A DNA stretch of 64,000 bases from Nitrospirales bacterium. Its GTDB lineage: Bacteria > Nitrospirota > Nitrospiria > Nitrospirales > UBA8639. The position numbers and the translations under genes were made by a program. Under the pieces are notes generated by a model, which worked only from the letters and a program-made list of their open reading frames with translations, was not told the origin of the DNA and made no database searches. The stretch spans positions 992,001 to 1,056,000 of the forward strand of contig CBDBCZ010000015.1 of NCBI GenBank assembly GCA_965203295.1, read 5' to 3'. The first letter of the stretch is position 1. Each line of letters opens with the position of its first letter. Below are positions 20,690 to 33,460 of this stretch, piece after piece.

Positions 20690-23600
20690 TTGAATGATGT
20701 TAGTCTGAAGATTAGGAAAGAAGGATTTTATTGAAAATTGTTAGTTTTGTTGGTCTCTAGCTAAGACTTTAAGCCAAAGTAACTAGCTACCATTTATCTG
20801 ACCCTTCCTAACTGTTTAGAAAAAGAACTGGTTATTCAAAGGCCTGTTTAGTTTCGTTGATTTTAGCCTGAAGATTAAGAAAGAAGGATTTTATTGATAA
20901 TTGTTAGTTTTGTTGGTCTCTTGCAAAGACTTTAAGCCAAAGTAACTGGCTACCATTGATCTGATCCTTCCCAACTATTTAGAAAAAGAGCTGGTTATTC
21001 AAAGGCTTGTTTTGTTTGCTTGTTTTGTTTGAATGATATTAGTCAGATACAATACATGCTTAGGAAGTATCAATGTTCAAGAAAGGAACTGGTTATTCAA
21101 AGGCTTGTTTAGTTTGGTTGATGTTAGTCTGAAGATTAGGAAAGAAGGATTTTATTGAAAATTGTTAGTTTTTTTGGTCTCTTGCAAAGACTTTAAGCCA
21201 AAGTAACTGGCTACCATTGATCTGACCCTTCCCAACTATTTAGAAAAAGAAATGGTTATTCAAAGGCTTGATTAGTTTTAATGATGTTAGTCGGATACAA
21301 TACATGTTTAGGAAGTGTCGATGTTCAAGAAAGGAACTGGTTGTTCAAAGGCTTGTTTAGTTTGGGTGATGTTAGTCTTAAGGTCAGGAAAGAAGGATTT
21401 TATTGAAAATTGTTAGTTTTGTTGGTCTCAGGCAAAGACTTTCAGCAAAAGTAACTAGCTACCATTGATCTGACCCTTCCTAACTGATTAGGAAAAGAAC
21501 TGGTTATTCAAAGAAGGCTTGTTTAGTTTGAATGATGTTAGTCTGAAGATTAGGAAAGAAGGATTTTATTGAAAATTGTTAGTTTTGTTGGTCTTTAGCA
21601 AAGACTTTAAGCCAAAGTAACTAGCTACCATTTATCTGACCCTTTCCAACTGTTTAGAAAAAGAACTGGTTATTCAAAGGCCTATTTAGTTTTTTTGATG
21701 TTAGCCTGAAGATTAGGAAAGAAGGATTTTATTGGAAATTTTTAGTTTTGTTGGTCTCTAGCAAAGACTTTAAGCCAAAGTTACTAGCTACCATTTATCT
21801 GACCCTTCCGAACTATTTAGAAAATGGGCTGGTTATTTAAAGGTTTGTTTTGTTTGAATGATATTAGTCAGATTCAATACATGCTTAGGAAGTATCAATG
21901 TTCAAGAAAGGAACTGATTATTCAAAGGCTTGTTTAGTTTGGTTGATGTTAGTTTGCAGATTAGGAAAGAAGGATTTTATTTAAAATTGTTAGTTTTTTT
22001 GTCTCTAGCAAAGACTTTAAGCCAAAGTAACTTGCTACCATTTATCTGACCCTTCTCAACTGTTTAGAAAAAGAGCTGGTTATTCAAAGGCCTGTTTAGT
22101 TTGTTTGATGTTAGCCTGAAGATTAGGAAAGAAGGATTTTATTTAAAATTGTTAGTTTTGTTGGTCTCTAGCAAAGACTTTAAGCCAAAGTTACTAGCTA
22201 CCATTGATCTGACCCTTCCGAACTATTTAGAAAAAGAGCTGGTTATTCAAAGGCTTGTTTTGTTTGAATGATATTAGTCAGATACAATACATGCTTAGGA
22301 AGTATCAATGTTCAAGAAAGGAACTGGTTTTTCAAAGGCTTGTTTAGTTTGCTTGATGTTAGTCTCCAGATTAGGAAAAAAGTATTTTATAGAAAATCAT
22401 TAGTTTTGTTGGTCTCTAGGAAATACTTTGAGCCAAAGTAACTAGCTACCATTGATCTGACCATTCCCAACTGTTTAGGAAAAGAACTGGTTATTCAAAG
22501 GCTTGTTTAGTTTGAATGATGGTAGTCAGATACAATACCTGCTCAAAAAGTATCGATGTTCAAGAAAGGAACTGGTTATTCAAAGGCTTGTTTAGTTTGC
22601 TTGATGTTAGTCTGCAGATCAGGAAAGAAGTATTTTATTGAAAATTGTTAGTTTTGTTGGTCTCTAGCAAAGACTTTAAGCCAAAGTAACTAGTTACCAT
22701 TTATCTGACCCTTCCCAACTGTTTAGAAAAAGAACTGGTTATTCAAAGGCCTGTTTAGTTTGAATGATGTTAGTCAGATACAATACACGCTTAGGAAGTA
22801 TCAATGTTCAAGAAAGGAACTGGTTATTCAAAGGCTTGTTTAGTTTGGTTGATGTTAGTCTGAAGATTAGGAAAGAAGTATTTTATTTAAAATTGTTAGT
22901 TTTTTTGTCTCTAGCAAGCACTTTAAGCCAAAGTCACTAGCTACCATTTATCTGACCCTTCCTAACTTTTTAGAAAAAGAACTGGTTATTCAAAGGCTTG
23001 TTTTGGTTGAATGATATTAGTCGGATACAATACATGCTTAGGAAGTATCAATGTTCAAGAAAGGAACTGGTTATTCAAAGGCTTGTTTAGTTTGGTTGAT
23101 GTTAGTCTGAAGATTAGGAAAGAAGGATTTTATTGAAAATTGTTAGTTTTGTTGGTCTCTAGCAAAGACTTTAAGCCAAAGTAACTAGCTACCATTGATC
23201 TGACCCTTCCCAACTGTTTAGGAAAAGAACTGGTTATTCAAAGGCTTGTTTAGTTTGAATGAAGTTAGTCTGAAGATTAGGAAAGAAGGATTTTATTTAA
23301 AATTGTTAGTTTTGTTGGTCTCTAGCAAAGACTTTAAGCCAAAGTAACTAGCTACCATTTATCTGACCCTTCCTAACTGTTATGAAAAAGTACTGGTTAT
23401 TCAAAGGCTTGTTTAGTTTTGTTGATGTTTGCCTGAAGATAAGGAAAGAAGGATTTTATTGAAATTTTTAATTTTGTTGGTCTCAGGCAAAGACTTTAAG
23501 CCAAAGTTACTAGCTACCATTGATCTGACCCTTCCGAACTATTTAGAAAATGAGCTGATTATTCAAAGGCTTGTTTTGTTTGCATGATATAAATCAGATA

Positions 23601-26600
23601 CAATACATGCTTAGGAAGTATCAAGATTCAAGAAAGGAACTGGTTATTCAAAGGATTGTTTAGTTTGGTTGATGTTAGTCTGAAGATTAGGAAAGAAGGA
23701 TTTTATTTAAAATTGTTAGTTTTGTTTGTCTCAGGCAAAGACTTTCAGCCAAAGTAACTGGCTACCATTGATCTGACCCTTCCCAACTGTTTAGGAAAAG
23801 AACTGGTTATTCAAAGGCTTGATTAGTTTTAATGATGTTAGTCGGATACAATACATGTTTAGGAAGTGTCGATGTTCAAAAAAGGAACTGGTTATTCAAA
23901 GGCTTGTTTAGTTTGGTTGATGTTAGTCTGAAGATTAGGAAAGAAGGATTTTATTGAAAATTGTTAGTTTTGTTTGTCTCAGGCAAAGACTTTCAGCAAA
24001 AGTAACTAGCTACCATTGATCTGCTGACCCTTCCTAACTGTTTAGGAAAAGAACTGGTTATTCAAAGGTTTGTTTAGTTAGGAAAGAAGGATTTTATTGA
24101 AGATTGTTAGTTTTGTTGGTCTCTAGCAAAGACTTTAAGCCAAAGTAACTAGCTACCATTTATCTGACCTTTTTCAACTTTTTAGAAAAAGAACTAGTTA
24201 TTCAAAGGGCTGTTTTGTTTTGTTGATGTTAGCCTGAAGATTAGGATAGAAGGATTTTATTGAAAATTGTTAGTTTTGTTGGTCTCTTGCAATGACTTTA
24301 ATTAAGCCAAAGTTACTAGCTACCATTGATCTGACCTTTCCGGACTATTTAGAAAAAGTGCTGTTTATTCAAAGGCTTGTTTTGTTTGAATGATATTAGT
24401 CAGATACAGTACATGCTTAGGAAGTATCAATGTTCAAGAAAGGAACTGGTTATTCAAAAGCTTGTTTAGTTTGAATGATGTTAGTCTGAAGATTAGGAAA
24501 GAAGGATTTTATTTAAAATTGTTAGTTTTGTTGGTCTCTAGCTAAGACTTTAAGCCAAAGTAACTAGCTACCATTTATCTGACCCTTCCCAACTGTTTAG
24601 AAAAAGAACTGGTTATTCAAAGGCCTGTTTAGTTTCGTTGATTTTAGCCTGAAGATTAAGAAAGAAGGATTTTATTGATAATTGTTAGTTTTGTTGGTCT
24701 CTTGCAAAGACTTTAAGCCAAAGTAACTGGCTACCATTGATCTGATCCTTCCCAACTATTTAGAAAAAGAGCTGGTTATTCAAAGGCTTGTTTTGTTTGC
24801 TTGTTTTGTTTGAATGATATTAGTCAGATACAATACATGCTTAGGAAGTATCAATGTTCAAGAAAGGAACTGGTTATTCAAAGGCTTGTTTAGTTTGGTT
24901 GATGTTAGTCTGAAGATTAGGAAAGAAGGATTTTATTTAAAATTGTTAGTTTTGTTGGTCTCAGGCAAAGACTTTCAGCAAAAGTAACTAGCTACCATTG
25001 ATCTGACCCTTCCTAACTGTTTAGGAAAAGAACTGGTTATTCAAAGAAGGCTTGTTTAGTTTGAATGATGTTAGTCTGAAAATTAGGAAAGAAGGATTTT
25101 ATTGAAAATTGTTAGTTTTGTTGGTCTCTAGCAAAGACTTTAAGCCAAAGTAACTAGCTACCATTTATCTGACCCTTTCCAACTGTTTAGAAAAAGAACT
25201 GGTTATTCAAAGGCCTATTTAGTTTTTTTGATGTTAGCCTGAAGATTAGGAAAGAAGGATTTTATTGGAAATTTTTAGTTTTGTTGGTCTCTAGCAAAGA
25301 CTTTAAGCCAAAGTTACTAGCTACCATTTATCTGACCCTTCCGAACTATTTAGAAAATGAGCTGGTTATTTGAAGGTTTGTTTTGTTTGAATGATATTAG
25401 TCAGATTCAATACATGCTTAGGAAGTATCAATGTTCAAGAAAGGAACTGATTATTCAAAGGCTTATTTATTTTGGTTGATGTTAGTTTGCAGATTAGGAA
25501 AGTAGGATTTTATTTAAAATTGTTAGTTTTTTTGTCTCAAGCAAAGACTTTAAGCCAAAGTAACTTGCTACCATTTATCTGACCCTTCTCAACTGTTTAG
25601 AAAAGGAGCTGGTTATTCAAAGGCCTGTTTAGTTTTGTTGATGTTAGCCTGAAGATTAGGAAAGAAGGATTTTATTTAAAATTGTTAGTTTTGTTGGTCT
25701 CTAGCAAAGACTTTAAGCCAAAGTTACTAGCTACCATTGATCTGACCCTTCCGAACTATTTAGAAAAAGAGCTGGTTATTCAAAGGCTTGTTTTGTTTGA
25801 ATGATATTAGTCAGATACAATACATGCTTAGGAAGTATCAATGTTCAAGAAAGGAACTGGTTTTTCAAAGGCTTGTTTAGTTTGCTTGATGTTAGTCTGC
25901 AGATTAGGAAAAAAGTATTTTATATAAAATCGTTAGTTTTGTTGGTCTCTAGCAAAGACTTTAAGCCAAAGTAACTAGCTACCATTTATCTGACCCTTCC
26001 CAACTGTTTAGAAAAAGAACTGGTTATTCAAAGGCCTGTTTAGTTTGAATGATGTTAGTCAGATACAATACACGCTTAGGAAGTATCAATGTTCAAGAAA
26101 GGAACTGGTTATTCAAAGGCTTGTTTAGTTTGGTTGATGTTAGTCTGAAGATTAGGAAAGAAGTGTTTTATTTAAAATTGTTAGTTTTTTTGTCTCTAGC
26201 AAAGACTTTAAGCCAAAGTCACTAGCTACCATTTATCTGACCCTTCCTAACTTTTTAGAAAAAGAACTGGTTATTCAAAGGCTTGTTTTTGTTGAATGAT
26301 ATTAGTCGGATACAATACATGCTTAGGAAGTATCAATGTTCAAGAAAGGAACTGGTTATTCAAAGGCTTGTTTAGTTTGGTTGATGTTAGTCAGAAGATT
26401 AGGAAAGAAGGATTTTATTGAAAATTGTTAGTTTTGTTGGTCTGTAACCAGCTACCATTGATCTGACCCTTCCCAACTGTTTAGGAAAAGAACTGGTTAT
26501 TCAAAGGCTTGTTTAGTTTGAATGAAGTTAGTCTGAAGATTAGGAAAGAAAGATTTTATTTAAAATTGTTAGTTTTGTTGGTCTCTAGCAAAGACTTTAA

Positions 26601-27590
26601 GCCAAAGTAACTAGCTACCATTTATCTGACCCTTCCTAACTGTTATGAAAAAGTACTGGTTATTCAAAGCCTTGTTTAGTTTTATTGATGTTAGCCTGAA
26701 GATAAGGAAAGAAGGATTTTATTGAAATTTTTAATTTTGTTGGTCTCTAGCAAAGACTTTAAGCCAAAGTTACTATCTACCATTGATCTGACCCTTCCGA
26801 ACTATTTAGAAAATGAGCTGATTATTCAAAGGCTTGTTTTGTTTGAATGATATTTGTCAGATACAATACATGCCTAGGAAGTATCAAGATTCAAGAAAGG
26901 AACTGGTTATTCAAAGGCTTGTTTAGTTTGGTTGATGTTAGTCTGAAGATAAGGAAAGAAGGATTTTATTTAAAATTGTTAGTTTTGTTTGTCTCAGGCA
27001 AAGACTTTCAGCCAAAGTAACTGGCTACCATTGATCTGACCCTTCCCAACTGTTTAGGAAAAGAACTGGTTATTCAAAGGCTTGATTAGTTTTAATGATG
27101 TTAGTCTGATACAATACATGTTTAGGAAGTGTCGATGTTCAAAAAAGGAACTGGTTATTCAAAGGCTTGTTTAGTTTGGTTGATGTTAGTCTGAAGATTA
27201 GGAAAGAAGGATTTTATTGAAAATTGTTAGTTTTGTTGGTCTCAGGCAAAGACTTTCAGCAAAAGTAACTAGCTACCATTGATCTGCTGACCCTTCCTAA
27301 CTTTTTAGGAAAAGAACTGGTTATTCAAAGGGCTGTTTTGTTTTGTTGATGTTAGCCTGAAGATTAGGAAAGAAGGATTTTATTGAAAATTGTTAGTTTT
27401 GTTGGTCTCTTGCAATGACTTTAATTAAGCCAAAGTTACTAGCTACCATTGATCTGACCTTTCCGAACTATTTAGAAAAAGTGCTGGTTATTCAAAGGCT
27501 TGTTTTGTTTGAATGATATTAGTCAGATACAGTACATGCTTAGGAAGTATCAATGTTCAAGAAAGGAACTGGTTATTCAAAAGCTTGTTT
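20690..27590 (+). repeat. Older tandem duplication (initial offset 3781 bp) with monomer-scale indels between the copies
   Basis: TAGCTAAGAC 20758/24539 and TTTGTTTGCTTGTTTTG ~21011/24792 give offset 3781. GATCTGCTGACCC 24018/27281 gives 3263. GACTTTAATTAAGCC 24294/27417 gives 3123. Boundaries are approximate. Confidence 0.8.
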
Positions 27591-27869
27591 AGTTTGGTTG
27601 ATTTTAGTCTGAAGATTAGGAAAGAAGGATTTTATTGAAAATTGTTAGTTTTGTTGGTCTCTAGCAAAGACTTTAAGCCAAAGTAACTTGCTACCATTGA
27701 TCTGACCCTTCCCAACTGTTTAGAAAAAGAGCTGGTTATTCAAAGGCCTGTTTAGTTTTGTTGATGTTAGTCTTAAGATTAGGAAAGAAGGATTTTATTG
27801 AAAATTGTTAGTTTTGTTGGTCTCTAGCAAAGACTTTAAGCCAAAGTAACTAGCTACCATTGATCTGAC

Positions 27870-29010
27870 CCTTCCCAACTGTTTAGGAAAAGAACTGGTT
27901 ATTCAGAGGCTTGTTTAGTTTGAATGATGTTAGTCTGAAGATTAGGAAAGAAGGATTTTATTGAAAATTGTTAGTTTTGTTGGTCTCTAGCAAAGACTTT
28001 AAGCCAAAGTAACTAGCTACCATTTATCTGACCTTACTAACTGTTTAGAAAAAGAACTAGTTATTCAAAGGCCTGTTTAGTTTGGTTGATGTTAGCCTGA
28101 AGATAAGGAAAGAAGGATTTTATTGAAAATTGTTAGTTTTGTTGGTCTCTAGCAAAGACTTTAAGCCAAAGTTACTAGCTACCATTGATCTGACCCTTCC
28201 GAACTATTTAGAAAATGAGCTGGTTATTCAAAGGCTTGTTTTGTTTGATTGATATTAGTCAGATACAGTACATGCTTAGGAAGTATCAATAAGAAAGGAA
28301 CTGGTTATTCAAAGGCTTGTTTAGTTTGGTTGATGTTAGTCTGAAGATTAGGAAAGAAGGATTTTATTTAAATTTGTTAGTTTTGTTTGTCTCAGGCAAA
28401 GACTTTCAGCCAAAGTAACTGGCTACTATTGATCTGACCCTTCCCAACTGTTTAGGAAAAGAACTGGTTATTCAGAGGCTTGTTTAGTTTGAATGATGTT
28501 AGTCTGAAGATTAGGAAAGAAGGATTTTATTGAAAATTGTTAGTTTTGTTGGTCTCTAGCAAAGACTTTAAGCCAAAGTAACTTGCTACCATTTATCTGA
28601 CCTTACTAACTGTTTAGAAAAAGAACTAGTTATTCAAAGGCCTGTTTAGTTTGGTTGATGTTAGCCTGAAGATAAGGAAAGAAGGATTTTATTGAAAATT
28701 ATTAGTTTTGTTGGTCTCTAGCAAAGACTTTAAGCCAAAGTTACTAGCTACCATTGATCTGACCCTTCCGAACTATTTAGAAAATGAGCTGGTTATTCAA
28801 AGGCTTGTTTTGTTTGAATGATATTAGTCAGATACAGTACATGCTTAGGAAGTATCAATATTCAAGAAAGGAACTGGTTATTCAAAGGCTTGTTTAGTTT
28901 GGTTGATGTTAGTCTAAAGATTAGGAAAGAAGGATTTTATTTAAAATTGTTAGTTTTGTTTGTCTCAGGCAAAGACTTTCAGCCAAAGTAACTGGCTACT
29001 ATTGATCTGA
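27870..29010 (+). repeat. Tandem duplication, 569-bp period (3A+1B minus 5 bp)
   Basis: ATTCAGAGGC at 27901/28470 and ACCTTACTAA at 28031/28600. Boundaries are approximate. Confidence 0.8.
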
Positions 29011-30449
29011 CCCTTCCCAACTGTTTAGGAAAACAACTGGTTATTCAAAGGCTTGTTTAGTTCGAATGATGTTAGTCTGAAGATTAGGAAAGAAGGATTT
29101 TATAGAAAATCGTTAGTTTTGTTGGTCTCTAGCAGAGACTTTGTTTGAGCCAAAGTAACTAGCTACCATTGATCTGACCCTTCCCAACTGTTTAGGAAAA
29201 GAACTGGTTATTCAAAGGCTTGATTAGTTTCAATGATGTTAGTCGGATAAAATACATGTTTAGGAAGTGTCGATGTTCAAGAAAGGAACTGATTATTCAA
29301 AGGCTTGTTTAGTTTGGTTGATGTTAGTCTTAAGATTAGGAAAGAAGGATTTTATTGAAAATTGTTAGTTTTGTTGGTCTCAGGCAAAGACTTTCAGCCA
29401 AAGTAACTAGCTACCATTGATCTGACCCTTCCTAACTGTTTAGGAAAAGAACTGGTTATTCAAAGAAGGCTTGTTTAGTTTAAATGAAGTTAGTCTGAAG
29501 ATTAGGAAAGAAGGATTTTATTGAAAATTGTTAGTTTTGTTGGTCTCTAGCAAAGACTTTAAGCCAAAGTAACTTGCTACCATTTATCTGACCCTTCCCA
29601 ACTGTTTAGAAAAAGAACTGGTTATTCAAAGGCCTTTTTAGTTTCGTTGATTTTAGCCTGAAGATTAAGAAAGAAGGATTTTATTGATAATTGTTAGTTT
29701 TGTTGGACTCTTGCAAAGACTTTAACCCAAAGTAACTGGCTACCATTGATCTGATTCTTCCCAACTATTTAGAAAAAGGGCTGGTTTTTCAAAGGCTTGT
29801 TTTGTTTGAATGATATTAGTCAGATACAATACATGCTAATGAAGTATCAATGTTCAAGAAAGGAACTGGTTATTCAAAGGCTTGTTTAGTTTGGTTGATG
29901 TTAGTCGGAAGATTAGAAAAGAAGTATTTTATTGAAAATTGTTAGTTTTTTTGGTCTCATGCAAATACTTTCAGCCAAAGTAACTGGCTACCATTGATCT
30001 GACCTTTCCCAACTGTTTAGGAAAAGAACTTATTATTCAAAGGCTTGTTTAGTTTGAATGATGTTAGTCAGATACAATACATGCTTAGGAAGTATCGATG
30101 TTCAAGAAAGGAACTGGTTATTCAAATGCTTATTTAGTTTGCTTGATGTTAGTCTGCAGATTAGGAAAGAAGTATTTTATAGAAAATCTTTAGTTTTGTT
30201 GGTCTCTAGCAAAGACTTTGAGCCAAAGTAACTAGCTACCATTGATCGGACCCTTCCCTACTGTTTAGGAAAAGAACTGGTTATTCAAAGGCTTGATTAG
30301 TTTTAAAGATGTTAGTCGGATACAATACATGTTTAGGAAGTGTCGATGTTCAAGAAAGGAACTGGTTATTCAAAGGCTTGTTTAGTTTGGTTGATGTTAG
30401 TCTTAAAATTAGGAAAGACGGATTTTATTGAAAATTGTTAGTTCAACGG

Positions 30450-33400
30450 CTTGTTTAGTTTTGTTGATGTTAGTCTGAAGATTAGGAAAGAAGGATTTTA
30501 TTGAAAATTGTTAGTTTTGTTGGTCTCAGGCAAAGACTTTCACCAAAAGTAACTAGCTACCATTGAACTGACCCTTCCCAACTGTTTAGAAAAAGAACTG
30601 GTTATTCAAAGGCCTGTTTAGTTTTTTTTTATGTTAGCCTGAAGATTAGGAAAGAAGGATTTTATTGAAAATTGTTAGTTTTGTTTGTCTCAGGCAAATA
30701 CTTTCAGCCAAAGTAACTGGCTACCATTGATCTGACCCTTCCCAACTGTTTAGGAAAAGAACTTGTTATTCAAAGGCTTGTTTAGTTTGAATTATGTTAG
30801 TCAGATACAATACATGCTTAGGAAGTATCGATGTTCAAGAAAGGAACTGGTTATTCAAATGCTTATTTAGTTTACTTGATGTTAGTCTGCAGATTAGGAA
30901 AGAAGTATTTTATAGAAAATCGTTAGTTTTGTTGGTCTCTAGCAAAGACTTTGAGCCAAAGTAACTAGCTACCATTGATCTGACCCTTCCCAACTGTTTA
31001 GGAAAAGAACTGGTTATTCAAAGGCTTGATTAGTTTTAATGATGTTAGTCGGATACAATACATGTTTAGGAAGTGTCGATGTTCAAGAAAGGAACTGGTT
31101 ATTCAAAGGCTTGTTTAGTTTGGTTGATGTTAGTTTGCAGATTAAGAAAGAAGGATTTTATTTAAAATTGTTAGTTTTGTTGGTCTCAGGCAAAGACTTT
31201 CAGCCAAAATAACTAGCTACCATTGATCTGACCCTTCCCAACTGTTTAGGAAAAGAATTTGTTATTCAAAGGCTTGTTTAGTTTTAATGATGTTAGTCAG
31301 ATACAATACATGCTTAGGAAGTATCGATCTTCAAGAAAGGAACTGGTTATTCAAAGGCTTGTTTAGTTTACTTGATGTTAGTCTGCAGATTAGGAAAGAA
31401 GTATTTTATAGAAAATCGTTAGTTTTGTTGGTCTTTAGCAAAGACTTTAAGCCAAAGTAACTAGCTACCATTGATCTGACCCTTCCTAACTGTTTAGGAA
31501 AAGAACTGGTTATCCAATTTAGTTTGAATGATGTTAGTCTGAAGATTAGGAAAGAAGGATTTTATTGAAAATTGTTAGTTTTGTTGGTCTCAGTCAAAGA
31601 CTTTCAGCCAAAGTAACTGGCTACCATTGATCTGACCCTTCCCAACTGTTTAGGAAAAGAACTGGTTATTCAAAGGCTTGATTAGTTTTATTGATGTTAG
31701 TCGGATACAATACATGTTTAGGAAGTGTCGATGTTCAAGAAAGGAACTGGTTATTCAAAGGCTTGTTTAGTTTTGTTGATGTTAGTCTGAAGATTAGGAA
31801 AGAAGGATTTTATTGAAAATTGTTAGTTTTGTTGGTCTCAGGCAAAGACTTTCACCAAAAGTAACTAGCTACCATTGAACTGACCCTTCCCAACTGTTTA
31901 GAAAAAGAACTGGTTATTCAAAGGCCTGTTTAGTTTTTTTTTATGTTAGCCTTAAGATTAGGAAAGAAGGATTTTATTGAAAATTGTTAGTTTCGTTTGT
32001 CTCAGGCAAATACTTTCAGCCAAAGTAACTGGCTACCATTGATCTGACCCTTCCCAACTGTTTAGGAAAAGAAATTGTTATTCAAAGGCTTGTTTAGTTT
32101 GAATGATGTTAGTCAGATACAATACATGCTTAGGAAGTATCGATGTTCAAGAAAGGAACTGGTTATTCAAATGCTTATTTAGTTTACTTGATGTTAGTCT
32201 GCAGATTAGGAAAGAAGTATTTTATAGAAAATCGTTAGTTTTGTTGGTCTCTAGCAAAGACTTTGAGCCAAAGTAACTAGCTACCATTGATCTGACCCTT
32301 CCCAACTGTTTAGGAAAAGAACTGGTTATTCAAAGGCTTGATTAGTTTTAATGATGTTAGTCGGATACAATACATGTTTAGGAAGTGTCGATGTTCAAGA
32401 AAGGAACTGGTTATTCAAAGGCTTGTTTAGTTTGGTTGATGTTAGTTTGCAGATTAAGAAAGAAGGATTTTATTTAAAATTGTTAGTTTTTTTGTCTCTA
32501 GTAAAGACTTTAAGCCAAAGTAACTTGATACCATTTATCTGACCCTTCCCAACTGTTTAGAAAAAGAGCTGGTTATTCAAAGGCCTGTTTATTTTTTTTG
32601 ACGTAAACCTGAAGATTAGGAAAGAAGGATTTTATTGAAAATTGTTAGTTTTGTTGGTCTCAGGCAAAGACTTTCAGCCAAAATAACTAGCTACCATTGA
32701 TCTGACCCTTCCCAACTGTTTAGGAAAAGAATTTGTTATTCAAAGGCTTGTTTAGTTTTAATGATGTTAGTCAGATACAATACATGCTTAGGAAGTATCG
32801 ATCTTCAAGAAAGGAACTGGTTATTCAAAGGCTTGTTTAGTTTACTTGATGTTAGTCTGCAGATTAGGAAAGAAGTATTTTATAGAAAATCGTTAGTTTT
32901 GTTGGTCTTTAGCAAAGACTTTAAGCCAAAGTAACTAGCTACCATTGATCTGACCCTTCCTAACTGTTTAGGAAAAGAACTGGTTATCCAATTTAGTTTG
33001 AATGATGTTAGTCTGAAGATTAGGAAAGAAGGATTTTATTGAAAATTGTTAGTTTTGTTGGTCTCAGGCAAAGACTTTCAGCCAAAGTAACTGGCTACCA
33101 TTGATCTGACCCTTCCCAACTGTTTAGGAAAAGAACTTGTTATTCAAAGGCTTGATTAGTTTTATTGATGTTAGTCGGATACAATACATGTTTAGGAAGT
33201 GTCGATGTTCAAGAAAGGAACTGGTTATTCAACGGCTTGTTTAGTTTTGTTGATGTTAGTCTGAAGATTAGGAAAGAAGGATTTTATTGAAAATTGTTAG
33301 TTTTGTTGGTCTCAGGCAAAGACTTTCACCAAAAGTAACTAGCTACCATTGAACTGACCCTTCCCAACTGTTTAGAAAAAGAACTGGTTATTCAAAGGCC

Positions 33401-33460
33401 TGTTTAGTTTTTTTTTATGTTAGCCTGAAGATTAGGAAAGAAGGATTTTATTGAAAATTT
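30450..33460 (+). repeat. Tandem duplication with 1312/1474-bp offsets (copies differ by about one A monomer)
   Basis: CACCAAAAG at 30541, 31853 and 33327; TATCCAATTTAG at 31511/32985. Boundaries are approximate. Confidence 0.75.
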
